A stretch of DNA of 64,000 bases, taken from Paraspadella gotoi (taxonomy: Eukaryota > Animalia > Chaetognatha). Under the pieces are notes generated by a model. It searched no databases, was not told the DNA's origin, and worked only from the letters and a program-made list of their open reading frames with translations. The stretch is taken from contig CM119271.1 of NCBI GenBank assembly GCA_051294375.1, forward strand, positions 5,236,832 through 5,300,831, given 5' to 3'. A program made the translations under genes and the position numbers. Every line of letters begins with the position of its first letter. Within the stretch, counting starts at the first letter, position 1. Of this stretch, positions 10,677 through 24,500 are shown piece after piece.

Positions 10677-13600
10677 ATCCTCTCTCTTTCTCTGTCTCGT
10701 CCCTGTTCTGATGGCTGATTTACCATCCAGATGACATGAAGCTCCTTTCTCCGCCCGCCCGAAGGGGACTCAGAGGACGTAATGCAAATGATTTTTCAAT
10801 TATATCTACACGAGTCCGGAGGAGGAAGGGGTTGACAGGGTCCGGGGGGGTTTGGGGTTAAAGGGGAAGAAGCAGGAGGGGGGGTGGTTAGTCGGAAATT
10901 AAATGAAATGTGTGGGAATTGTAAGCCGGTCAATCAAAGTCTTTTGAAGGGAGGATTAGGACTAAAAGAAGGGGATTTAGGTCGAAGCCAAAACGTCAGA
11001 TTGTAAAAAGATCAAAAAACAAAAAAAAAAAAAAAAAGAGGCGGCTATTAACAGTTGCGATAAAGGCATTACGTGCACAATTGATCCTTCGATTTGGCAC
11101 ATCCGCTGGGTAGAGGGTAGTCGAGTGGCGTCGGTGACACGGACGAGTGACAAAAAGGGGATTAGGTTTTCCAGATTCGTAAACCGCGTCAAAGTCAGGG
11201 GAGATTGAGTTCCGCTAAAGAACAGTTTTTCTTTTTTCAACGGCGATGACCGTCGAGAGGAATTTTTACGAGATGAAGAGAAATCCGAGGAGAAAAGGGA
11301 GAATGACCCGAAGTGGGATGAGGGGGAGGTAGAGGGAGAGGTGGGAGGGAGGTGGTCAAAGGGTCAGGGGGTAGACAGACTCGGGAGGCAGTAACGCGAC
11401 GGGACAGCGGCGGGGCGTTAATCCGAAATAAGCGAGCGAACGCCGACGGAACGCCGGTTGCGGACTAATGGGTTGTAAAAACTGTGTGGGGCCGAAGAGG
11501 AAGAGGGAAGAGGAAGAGGAAAAGGAAAAGGGGAGGGAAAAGGGAAGGGAACGGAAGACTAGTAAACTAAAATGAACTAAAAGGGAAAAGAAAGGAAAAG
11601 GACTAAACTAAAAAAGCTCGCCAAGGAGTCAATCTCGGAGTCAAGAGTTGCGCCTTTAAACGAGGTTCTTTTAATTATCCAGCGATTGGGCCGAGACGCT
11701 CAATCAAGAAGGGATGGGCGCATTGGAGGAATATTGGGCCGAGATTGGAATTTGAGCCGAGCTTTGGACAATACGATTATCACGAGGGATCAGAGTCGAG
11801 AAAAAAGAGACGAGGAGAGGCGGAAAATTCGGCTAAGATCAGAGTTTAGCCTTAGTATCTAAATATATATATATATGTATCTATATCTATCATCAGGCAA
11901 AAATTTGAGAATTGGCCAAGATTGCTAACCTGGAATTTAGAATTCTAGCTAAAGCTTGTCATGAAAAGATCGACATCAAAATCAAAATAAACAACGCGAT
12001 TAGACTTTCTTGGATGTTTGGGCTAAAGAGTAAAGATATTTATCCTTGGATATTGGGCTAAAACTCTCGATCGAACCAAAATGGACCCAGACGCTGAGCC
12101 GGAGGGACATTCGCCCTCTCGAGAGATTCTCGCTTTTGCGTCTAAAAAAGACTCCAGCTCTTTGCGTCCGACGCGACGTTGGTTTCTCGACTTGTCCTCC
12201 TTCCAGTTGGGGCGACCGACTCTTTGTTTCATGCATATTTAAAAGAGCGAACTGGCGTTTCCCGTCCCGACGCTCGTCGTCGGTCGTCGTCGTCGTCGTC
12301 GTCGTCGGTCGCTCTTCCGACAGTCGTCTTCGTTCGGTCGTCGTCGTCTTCCGTCCTCGTACTTGCCATTTGTAGTCGTCGCCCTCACGCCTTGCGCGTC
12401 GTCGGGCTTCATCCTCCTTTCGATCGTCCCGCGTCTTCATCCTCACCATGTTGTCTTTCGTCGTAGTCGTCGTCGTCTTCCTCTCCTCCCTTGGNNNNNN
12501 NNNNNNNNNNNNNNNNNNNTTCCAAAGTCGCAAAACATCTGACGTCGCTGACGGCGGTGGCCAGAAAAATAATATGCTCTATTATTTATAGACTAATATT
12601 TAACTCTCTCTCTNNNNNNNNNNNNNNNNNNNNNNNNNNNNNNNNNNNNNNNNNNNNNNNNNNNNNNNNNNNNNNNNNNNNNNNNNNNNNNNNNNNNNNN
12701 NNNNNNNNNNNNNNNNNNNNNNNNNNNNNNNNNNNNNNNNNNNNNNNNNNNNNNNNNNNNNNNNNNNNNNNNNNNTCCTTCCCATACAACTAATGTCGGG
12801 TCCATGAATATAACTCCCTTTTTTTTCTCTCCGTTTACGCGATTTGAAAAGACGAGGAAAAAGAAGAAAGGAAAAAAAGAAAAAAAGGAGAGAAGAAAAA
12901 AAGGGGAATTAAAAAAGTAGTGGAGAAATAAATGAAAAAGAGAGAAGAAAGAAAAGAAAAAAAAAGTTGAATAAATTGCACGTATTAATCACAGATTCAA
13001 CATCGTTGTTTGTCGACTTTCGTCGTTTTCAGCTCCGCGGTTCGCGCTCGTTCGTCATCGTCATCGTCGTCATCATCTTCGTCATCGTCGTCATCTTCGT
13101 CCTTGTCATCGTCTCCGTCATCGTCGTCAATAATTGTCATCGTCATCGTCATCGTCTTAGTCTTTCTCCGATTTTTCGTCGTCAATATTATCAGTAGTTA
13201 TGGTACATTTTGAGAATTCGTCGGTCCTCTACTCGTATTTTACCAGAATAAAACAGTCATAAGGCAACAGTTGTTTTTCTTCTTCTTCTTCGTCGTCGTC
13301 TTCTTCGTCGTCATCGTCGTCGTACTCGTCTTCTTGTCTCTTGTCACTCGAAATCCGCTCAGGAAACAAACTCGAAGACGAAAAAAAAAATCCAAAAAAG
13401 AAAAAGAAAATAAGAGAAGAGGAGCCCTTCGAATTTGTTCGCTGTCTCTGCGGAAGGTGATTGCTGAGCTTGGTGACCTCAGCTTGGTTGTCAAACTGAT
13501 GACTTAAAATGCTTCCGTACCTAAAGATTCGTCTTTTCTTATTCGTTATATTTAAAAGAAAAAAAAATAGAACGGTAATTCCAATTTGTTGCGTCTCAGT

Positions 13601-14093
13601 AACTTTGTTTTCCTTTTGATTACATGATATGACATGACATGACTAAAAACTTTTTTTGCCCGTGTATTTATGACATGCACTGCATCAAAATTCCATCTTT
13701 TATTATTTATAGTTTTAGGAATTCCTGAAGGCGTAGCTAGTAGTCCCTTACATTTGAAGTTTTATTTATAAAAGACATTGACGAAGTAAACCATGGGCAA
13801 AAAACTATGTGGAGAATCTCTAAATCATGAAATAAATCGCGCTTCGAAACGATCGGAATTCCGTATCGACTTGATGACGTGATTGGCAAATGTTGATCGA
13901 TGTTTATTTCGCTCAAGTTTCCTCCAGAAGTTTACGTCTATTTTTGATTCTATCTTTCGCCAAGAGATTTATAAGAATGCTTTCGCATAATACGCCCACA
14001 CGTTTGCCAAAATTGCTCTCGTGTTGCAATCATTGCCGATATATTCACATTTGCTCCCATACGCCCCCGTCGCCACCCCCCGACAAATTCCCT

Positions 14094-14680
14094 TGACTCA
14101 CGATCGTTTTCGTGATTGCCGACACGTTTCGATGATTGAAGANNNNNNNNNNNNNNNNNNNNNNNNNNNNNNNNNNNNNNNNNNNNNNNNNNNNNNNNNN
14201 NNNNNNNNNNNNNNNNNNNNNNNNNNNNNNNNNNNNNNNNNNNNNNNNNNGAACTTTAAAATTTGAAATAAAAAAAATAAAAAGCTTTCTCCACAACTTT
14301 GAGCACTTCTTTTAAGATTGCGGTGGATTTTTTTTTGTTCATGATTGCCCAAGCTTTCCTAATGATTTCCATTGCTTCGCCTATGATTGCCGACGTTTTT
14401 CCACGACTGCCAAACTCATCATTTTTTTTATTTCAAATTTTGACTCACAATCGTTTTCGTGATTGCCGACACGTTTCGATGATTGAAGACTTGGTTACGT
14501 TATATAAATGTAGACATAATTAGACGAGAACTTTAAAATTTGAAATAAAAAAATAAAAAGCTTTCTCCACAACTTTGAGCGCTTCTTTTAAGATTTTTTT
14601 TTTCATGATTGCCCAAGCTTTCCTAATGATTTCCATTGCTTCGCCTATGATTGCCGACGCTTTTTCCACGACTGCCAAAC
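14094..14680. repeat. Tandem duplication of about 350 bp
   Basis: gactcac.atcgttttcgtgattgccgacacgtttcgatgattgaaga occurs at 14095 and 14442; gaactttaaaatttgaaat occurs at 14251 and 14528. Confidence 0.85.
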
Positions 14681-14749
14681 TCATTACTTCATGATTGCCA
14701 ACGCTTTTACAACTATTGCCCAAGTAGTTCTCATGGTTTGTCGACCTGT

Positions 14750-15070
14750 TTTTTCCACGATTGCCCACGCTTTTTACGCGATTGCCGACGCATATCTCTG
14801 CGATTGCCGACGCATTTTCCGCGATAGCCGACGCATTTCACCGNNNNNNNNNNNNNNNNNNNNNNNNNNNNNNNNNNNNNNNNNNNNNNNNNNNNNNNNN
14901 NNNNNNNNNNNNNNNNNNNNNNNNNNNNNNNNNNNNNNNNNNNNNNNNNNNNNNNNNNNNNNNNNNNNNNNNNNNNNNNNNNNNNNNNNNNNNNNNNNNN
15001 NNNNNNNNNNNNNNNNNNNNNNNNNNNNNCTCCGCGATTGCCGACGCATTTTTCCGCGATTGTCGACACT
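14750..15070. repeat. Minisatellite of about 22 bp (gcgattgccgacgcatttctcc)n; noisy ungapped copy at about 24570-24915
   Basis: Unit directly visible on both sides of the N gap. Confidence 0.85.
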
Positions 15071-17340
15071 CGTGTTTCCAAAGTATTTCCTATTTGCGTC
15101 GCGGCCGCTCGAGCGGGAGAGGCGGGGGGTAGGGACGGGCTGGGTGAGTTAAATAAAAAGGGAGAGGATAGGCGAGAAGGCTGAGGAGGGTAAGGAGAGG
15201 GGACCGCGAAGCTTGCGGTGCCACTTTTAAATCCGCCGCCTTTTCAATGCCTCATAAATCATTCAAATGGGATCTTGGGATTCNNNNNNNNNNNNNNNNN
15301 NNNNNNNNNNNNNNNNNNNNNNNNNNNNNNNNNNNNAGCGGGCGCAACAGATGTTGACATGAAATCTTTAATGTAATTTGCATATTTCCAGTCGATATAT
15401 TTTTCGTTAAGATATGTGCGACCAAGGCTGAACAAGTAAATCTAATTTATTTCGTTTTTTTCATAAATTGATAAAGTTAAATATTATATTAATAATAAAT
15501 TACTTCTTAACAAGAATGATGTTTAATATCTCATTAGAAAACTGGGGCTGAAAGTAACTTTTAACTTTGTGTTGTATAGATGCTCCCTCTCCCCATTACA
15601 TTATAAAAGAATATACTCTATATAAAGAATATAATTAAATCTAATATATTGTGAAATTTATTAAATTTTTACATTTATTTTAAAATTGTAATATAAAATT
15701 TTAAAGTCTAATTTAGTAAAACAAGTAANNNNNNNNNNNNNNNNNNNNNNNNNNNNNNNNNNNNNNNNNNNNNNNNNNNNNNNNNNNNNNNNNNNNNNNN
15801 NNNNNNNNNNNNNNNNNNNNNNNNNNNNNNNNNNNNNNNNNNNNNNNNNNNNNNNNNNNNNNNNNNNNNNNNNNNNNNNNNNNNNNNNNNNNNNNNNNGA
15901 GAAAGACGTGGGAAAGTTGGGCGAAAGAGGTGAGTTAAAGAAGTAGGTTAAGATATTAATTAAACCGTGAATGAGACTTGAGTGGGGAGCGTTGAGCCGG
16001 AGTGAAACGGATTATCACGAACGCGTGAGCGTCACATTGTTAAGAGATTTTAATCCGGGGTTACCGTCGAAAAAAAAAACTAGCTCGGTTTGGTTAATTT
16101 ATGACTTTCCTTGATAAAAGTGATAAAGCGAACCTGTGAGAAAAAATCGGTTCGTGAAATTTGGTCCAACGGGGGAAACGAAAGTGGGAAAAGTAGGACA
16201 CGAGTCTCTTACTGAGACAGACAGACAGACAGACCGAAAAAGGAAATGGAATCGAGTTTCGCGATTTCCGTTTAGAATCGAGGNNNNNNNNNNNNNNNNN
16301 NNNNNNNNNNNNNNNNNNNNNNNNNNNNNNNNNNNNNNNNNNNNNNNNNNNNNNNNNNNNNNNNNNNNNNNNNNNNNNNNNNNNNNNNNNNNNNNNNNNN
16401 NNNNNNNNNNNNNNNNNNNNNNNNNNNNNNNNNNNNNNNNNNNNNNNNNNNNNNNNNNNNNNNNNNGAGAGAGAGAGAGAGAGAGAGGAAATTTCGAAGG
16501 GCGAATTTGTAGAATGCGACAATTTGACAGATGTGAAAGAAAGAGACAAAGATTGAGACAAACTCTTTTGCGTGGTCGAATTCTTGAGACATTTTTACTG
16601 TTAATATTTTTTGACACTGGCTCCCGTTCAAACATGGTGTTTCCGGTATATAAGTGAGCACAAGCATTAAGCAATTCAACTATGCATTATCAACAAGCAT
16701 TATCAACAAGCAAGCTTGACAATTTTGACAAGCTCTCTCCCCAGACCGAGATTCAGCTAATGAAGAAACTTTCTATATATTTATTTTTTTATTTATAGAT
16801 CACTTTATGTTTTGACAGAAAATACAATCATTCATATTTTTTTTTTATCTCAACCTTATACTAGACGATACGACAGCTCATCTAGTTCCCCCAGTAAGAG
16901 ATGATGTTTAACTTAAAAAGAAAATCGAAAAAGAATAAAAAAAAAATGTTTTTGGGCACTCTATAATCTTCAGCAAATAATGAAATTACAATGAGTGGAT
17001 TACATAGAGTATTGGATTTTTTTTTTAGAATATTGGATAACAGAGAATAAAAACGATCGTTTTAAAAACTAAAAAAAAAAANNNNNNNNNNNNNNNNNNN
17101 NNNNNNNNNNNNNNNNNNNNNNNNNNNNNNNNNNNNNNNNNNNNNNNNNNNNNNNNNNNNNNNNNNNNNNNNNNNNNNNNNNNNNNNNNNNNNNNNNNNN
17201 NNNNNNNNNNNNNNNNNNNNNNNNNNNNNNNNNNNNNNAAAAAAAAAAAAAAAACTAAATTGAGGGTAGAAAAAAAAAGCAAAAATTTTATTTGTCTTTT
17301 TATTGTTTCATTTTGCGGAGTTTTGGATAAAAAAAAAAAT

Positions 17341-19145
17341 TGGGCGTCTTGGAACCAATGGAGGTTAGAGCGCCGATCGAATTTTTTATTTTATCAGTGC
17401 CCAAAATAGTATTTAATGGACTGGTCAGACCGTCTTTTCCCTTGGTTCCCAAAAAACCTGTGGCTCTAAGTAAAAAAAGGACAAATCATTACATATTCAG
17501 GACGGTTTCGGAGAGCTTATTGTTTCTCTACATTGATGAAAAAAAGAAAAAGTAAAATTCTGCAATCTTTATTGCTTGATAAAGCCAATCAAATGAACTG
17601 CTTTAAGGCGAAAACTGCATGAGTTCAACCTTCATGATTTTTTTTTTGTTCTAAGACCATCGAAGAAACTGTATTGTTTTACTATCTGTTTCATGTAGAC
17701 GCGCGGGATTAAATTTTTTTATTTATATTAAAATCTCGTGCAAATAGAAAAAAATTTCGTTTATCTGCATGGTAAAGCCCATTTTTAAGCGCTATTCCGG
17801 GCCGTAATTTTAAACTGTCATAAGGTTATCTCAAAAGGGACTGCATCGAACAAGTTTGAGCAAACAATGCGGATCTGCCCACCTTTTTATCGGTAATTAA
17901 TAATAATAATAATTAATAATAATTATTTTTAAATAATTAATTTTATAACGGATGGAATGGACGGACGGACGGAGAAACAGACAAACGGACAGACGGACAT
18001 CGTTTTTTTTTGCATAAATTTTTCATAATTCGATATTCTCACATGATATAAGTGAATGCCATGTCCCAAACAAGATTGAGGGGCGAACCGCGGACCGACA
18101 AAAAGTGAATTATACAGTCGGGATCTGCTGATAAGCAATCGACTAAAAAAGAAGAAGGTTACAAAACAGCAACTCCGTGTTGCACGTGATGTGGCCTTAA
18201 ATTCTCTTGCTCTCGATAAACTTTTAAAAATAAAATAGAATCTATGTATTAATTGTTTATGTATATTGTATAACGTAGAATTTTCTCCGTCGCGAGTCGG
18301 TCGTGTTCAGTCTCATAAAATTCTCAACATATCACTTTACGAGAGATTCGCCGCTTCGTTCAACAAAAAAAAAATTTTGGCCCCAAACTTTTTTGTATTC
18401 GTAGTTCGTTTTTTCGCTATGTTTTGATTTGTTTAACATGAAATGATGCATTTCGTGAAAACTTATTGTTAACGGTATTCTTTAGCCAACCAGTTTGTTT
18501 GCGTACGATAAATTCCTTAATCTCGAAAAAGTCTCTTTATCTCAAATATATTTATAAAAAAATGATCTAGTTCCTGTGCTGTAGTTGACGCTTCTAAGGA
18601 TGGAGTAAACGAAGGCAAACGACTCTCTTTATAATTATATGCAACTTTCCCGTCTTCGCCTTGATCGCTTCGAGTTTAATCGGTTTACATCCCGGGGATG
18701 TCTCGAATTCTCAGGTTTACATTCCAGAACGTCTTTGTCTTCAATCGGGCTACGACGTCTCGGGTCTATACAAAGGAGTTTAAATCGAGGAGGGGATTTT
18801 TAGCCAATTCGGTATTCACTATTTCAAGTCACGTTCCGGTTAAAATCTGGGTAAATTGTATGCATTCATCTTATGTCAATAAACTTTCAAAGTTATTAGT
18901 AAAATGTCAATCCCCAATTAAACTAAATTTTCTTTAAAAGCTTAATTTTGCACGACTGAATTATATAAACAGTATCACTCAGAATTGACATGCGGGAGGT
19001 GCCCCCCCGAGTGGCCCGAAAAAAAAATAGGAGTTGAAACTTTTGTTTTTCATTTCATCTCACGTCTGCTTGGGAATTTGGTGTCGAAATAATTATCTCT
19101 CTCTCTCTTCTCTCTCCTCTCTCCTCTCTAATCTCTCTCTCTCTC

Positions 19146-19195
<50 letters not shown>

Positions 19196-19339
19196 TCTTT
19201 CTCTCCTACCCTCCCCCCAGTTTTTTTCCACCCCGCCCCTCATTCATCGCTTCGGGGGCGATCTGGCAAAAAAAAAGATGACCGCTCGAGACAAGAGATA
19301 GGGATGGGCCTACCTCAAACTTCATACCTCTGTCCTCTT

Positions 19340-19379
<40 letters not shown>

Positions 19380-19546
19380 CTTCCTCTCTCTCTCTCCTCT
19401 CTCGTTTCGGCTCAATTTCCCGTTTTTTATCCGCCCCCTTTTTTGCTCATCATTGAAAGCCCCATTGGTGCTTCACCGCCATTTTGCTCCAACTGCTGTC
19501 CGTCGTCGTATTAGGCCCCATCAGTCGGCATTGGAACAACTATTAC

Positions 19547-19621
<75 letters not shown>

Positions 19622-21513
19622 CGTCTCTGTTCTGATTTGGCTGATTTACCTCCAGATGACATTTGAAGCTCCTTTCTCCGCCCCGCCCGAAGGGACCAGT
19701 GAGGCGAATGCAAATGATTTTTCAATTATTCTTACGAGTCCGGAGGAGGAAAGGGGTTGAAGGGTCCGGGGGGGTTTGGGGGTTAAGGGGAGAAGCAGGG
19801 GGGGGTGTGTTGTCGGGGATTAAATGAAAGGTTGTGGGAATTGTTAAGCCGGTTCAATCAAAGTCTTTTGGAAGGGGGGAGGATTAGGACTAAAAGAAGG
19901 GGATTTAGGTCAAGCCAAAACGTCAGATTGTAAAAGATTCCAAAAAAAAAGAGGCGGGCTTTCGTTGCGATAAAGCATTGTGAACACGGTAGGTGGCCGT
20001 CGGGACAAAAAGGGGATTAGGTTTTTCCAGATTTCGTAAACCGCGTCAAAGTCAGGGAGATTGAGTTCCGCTAAAGAACATTTTCTTGTTTGGTTTTTTT
20101 TCACGGCGATGACCGTTCGAGGAGGAATTTTTACGAGATGAAGAGAAATCGAGGAAGACAAAGGGAGAATGACCCGAATGGGATGAGGGGGGGTTTAGAG
20201 GAGAGATGGGAGGGAGTGGTCAAAGGTCAGGGGGTAGACAGACTCGGGGAGCGTTAACCGGACGGACAAGCGGCGAGGGCGTTAAATCCGAAATAAGCGA
20301 GCGAACGCCGATGGAGAATCGCCGGTTGCGAACTAATGCGGTGGTAAAAACTGTGTGGGCCGAAGAGGAAGAGGGAAGAGGAAAAGGAAAAAGGGAGGGG
20401 AAAAGTGGAAAAGGAAGGGAACGGGAGACTAGTAAACTAAATGAACAAAAAAGGAAAAGAAAGGAAAAGGACTAAACTAAAAAAGACTCGCCAAGGAGTC
20501 ATCCGGAGTCAAGAGTTGCACCTTTAAACGAGTTCTAATTATCCAGCGATTGGGCCGAGACCGCTCAATCAAGAAGGGATGGGCGCATTGGAGGGACTGT
20601 TGGGCCGAGATTGGAATTTGAAGCCGGCTTTGGACAATACGTTATCACGAGGATCAGATAGTCGAGGAAAAAGAGACGAGAGAGGCGGAAAATTGGCTAA
20701 ATTTCAGAGTTTTGCCTTAGTATCTAATATATATATATATATATATGTATCTAATATCTTATTCATCGGGCAAATTTAAGAATTTGGCCCAAGATGGCTA
20801 ACTTGGATTTGGAATTCTAGCTTAAAGCTTTGTCATGAAAGATCGACATCAAAACAAAATAAAACAATCGCAATTAGAAATTCTTGGATGTTGGGCTAAG
20901 ATAATGGATGGGACGATAAAGAGTTAAAGAAAATTATCCTGGATATTGGGCTAAAACTCTCGAACCGAACCAAAATGTACCCAACGCTTGAGCGCGAGGA
21001 CATTCGCCTCTCTCGATGAGATTCTCGCTTTTTTTGCGTCTAAAAAAAGACTCCAGCTCTTTCGCGTCCGACGGCGACGTTGGTTTCCGACTTGTCCTCC
21101 TTCCAGTTGGTTTTTTTCTAGGGCGACCGATCTGTTTCATGATATTTAAAAGAGCGAACTGGCGATTCCGTCCGTCGTCGTGCGTCGTCGTCGTCGTCGT
21201 TTCCGTCCTGCGTCTTGCATTTGTAGTCGTTTCGACCCTCCGCCTTGTCTCGTCGTGCGTTCGCTTATTCCTCCTTGTCGTCGCGTCGTCGTTTCATCCT
21301 CCTGTCCGTCGTCGTCATCCTTGTCGTAGTCTCGTCGTCGTTTCATCTTCCTTTGTTCGTCGTCGTCTCCTTGTCGTCGTCTCGTGTCGTTGTCGTCTTA
21401 CTTTCCTCTTCGACTTTCTCTCAGAGAAAATCAGTTCAAAGTCCAAAACATCTGACGTCGCTGGACGGCCGGTGGACCAGAAAATAATATGCTCTATTAT
21501 TAAGATAATATTT

Positions 21514-21575
<62 letters not shown>

Positions 21576-24500
21576 TATCTCTCTTTTCTTTTCTATCTCT
21601 CTCTCTCTCGTTTTTCTCTCTCTCTCTCCTCTTTTTTCTCTCTCCTCTCTCTCTCTCTTCTCTCTCTCTTCTCTCTCTCTCTCTCTCTTCTCCCTCTCTC
21701 TCTCTCTCTCTCTCTCGTTTCCTCCTCCTTCCCATACAACTATGTCCGGGGTCCGATGAATATGAACTCCCTTTTTTTCTTTCCGTTTAGCGATTGAAAA
21801 GACGAGGAAAAAAGAAGAAAGGAAAAAAAAAAAAGAAGAAAGGAAAAAAAAGGAATTAAAAAAGTAGTGGAGAAATAAATGAAAAGAGAGAAGAAAGAAA
21901 AAAAAGTGAAGAAAAGAAAAAAAAAGAAGAAAAGTTGAATAAATTGCACGTATTAAATCACAGATTCAACAATCGTTGTATTTTTTCGACTTTCGTCGTT
22001 TTCAGCTCCGCGGTTCGCGCTCGTCTCATCGTCATTCGTCCGTCATCATCTTCGTCATCTCGTCATCTTTCGCATCCTGTCATCGTCCCGCATCGTCGTC
22101 AATAATTGTCATCGTCATTCGTCTTAGTCGTAGTCTTTCTCCGATTTTCGTCGTCAATATATCAGTAGTTTCATGACACATTTTTGAGAATCGTCGGCCT
22201 CTACTCGTATTTTACCCAGAATAAAAAAGTCATGAGCAACCAGTTGTTTTTCTTCTTCTTCTCTCGTCGTAATCGTCATTCGTCGTCGTACTCGTCTTCT
22301 TGTCTCTTGTCACTCGAAATCCGCTCAGGAAACAAACTCGAAGACGAAGAAAAAAAAAAACCCCCAAAAAGAAAAAGAAAATAGAGAAGAGGAGCCCTTC
22401 GAAATTTGTCGCTGTCTCTGAGGAAGGTGATTGCTGGCTGTGGACCTCAGCTTTGGTTGTCCAAAATGATGACTTAAATGCTTCCGTACCTAAAAGATTC
22501 GTCTTTTTCTATTCGTTATATTAAAAGAAAAAAATAGAACGGTTTTCCAATTTGTGCCGTTCATAAATTTATTTTCCTTTTGAATCACATGATATGAATT
22601 GACATTGACTAAAATCTTCATTTTTGCCCGTGTATTTATATGACATGCACTGCATTCAAAATTCCATCTTTTTTCTTTATAGGTTTAGGAATTCCTGAAG
22701 GCGGAGCTTAGCAGTCCCTTAGATTTGTGAAGGTTTTATTCCGTCTTAAAACAAATGAGCAACTAAACTATTGGCAAATTATTAAGAATTTGTAACGTAG
22801 GAAGAACAGAACGACAGGACCGACGGACCGATAAAAAGACTTCATTAGGAGTTGCTCAGCGAGAACTTCGCGGCGCAATAAAAACCGAATAAACAAAGTT
22901 CCAGTTTCTACGACGGAACCCTGCTACAGTAAGGCGTAGTGAAAGTACATACGAAATTCATAAAAGTCAATTATGAACAACATATCCATCAGTGTACATT
23001 AATTTGTAAAAAAAATTAATTTTATATTTTTTAATTTTCGCAAGTAGGCTATATTTATAATAGTAAAAATTCACTATCCTTTTAAAATCGTTCATTAAGT
23101 GGCTTAAAAATTTAAAAAAATCTATATTTAAATATAAAAAGTTAATTCAGCCTAAAATATAGCTTTTTCTAATTTTTGACCCACTTAATGAGGAATTTTT
23201 CAAAAAAAGGAGTTATATTTCTTTTTATCAAACTTTTTAATGACAATCCAAATCTGGCAAAAATCTTAGAAAAAACTGTTTGGTGAATTTTAACATTATT
23301 GTTTATTACCGTTTAAATATGTCCTACTGCATAAATTTGTAAAATTTATTATAAATTTTTTTTATACATAAATGTTCATTAATATAATCAGTTCGTTCCT
23401 CCAACTTTTAGATTTTAATTAAAGTTAAAAATTTAAATTTTTTACTTACGCCTTACTGTACAGTTGTACACGTTACTGCATAATTTATGTTTCATTTATG
23501 ATTGATTTATTTATTTATATTATTATTTTATTTATTATTTATTTATTTTATTATTTTATTTATTTATTATTTATTTATTTTATTTATTTGTTTCTTCTTT
23601 TCTTCTTTCTTTCTTTCTTTCTCTTTCTTCTTTCTTCTTTTTTTTCTTCTTCTTTCCTTATTTCTCTCTTTCCTCTTCCTCCTCCTACTTCTTCTTCTCT
23701 TTGACTCTTCCTCATTGGAGAATCACAGAAGCAAAAATCCTTCTTTCTCGTCTCTCATTGGATCTCCGAAAAACGAATGATTCAACGAGGGTGCATTTTT
23801 CCCGTAACAATTTTACTTTCTCACGTATCTACTTTATTTACATCGAGCGATAGACGAACGGGACACACCGACCAAAAAAAGATAAGAGATAGATTCAAAA
23901 ACTGTTAGACTAAAAACTACTCATTTATAAAAGACATGACGAAGTAACCATGGGCAAAAAACTATGTGGAGGAAATTCTAATTCATGATATAATCGCGCT
24001 TCGAAACGATCGGAATTCCGTATCGACTTGTGGACGGATTGGCAATGTTGATCGATGTTTATTTCGCTCAAGTTTTCCTCCAGAGTTTACGTCATTTTTT
24101 GATTCTATTCCTTCGCCAAAGATTATAAGAATGCTTCGCATTTAAACGCCCACAAGTTTGCCAAAATTGTCTCGATGTTGCAATCATTGCCGATATATCA
24201 CATTTGCTCCATACGCCCGGCCCGCCCCCCCGACAAATTCCCTTGACTCACGATCGTTTTCGTGGATTGCCGACAGTTTCGATGATTGAAGACTTGTTTA
24301 CGTTATTATTAAATGTAATAGACATAATTAGACCGAGAACTTTAAATTTTCGAAATAAAAAAAATAAAAAGCTTTCTCCACACTTTGATGTTCTTTTGAG
24401 ATTTTTGCGGTGGATTTTTTTTTTCACGATTGCCAAGCTTTCCTAAATGATTTCCATTGCTTTGCCTATGATTTTTCCACGGACTGCCAAACTCATTACT

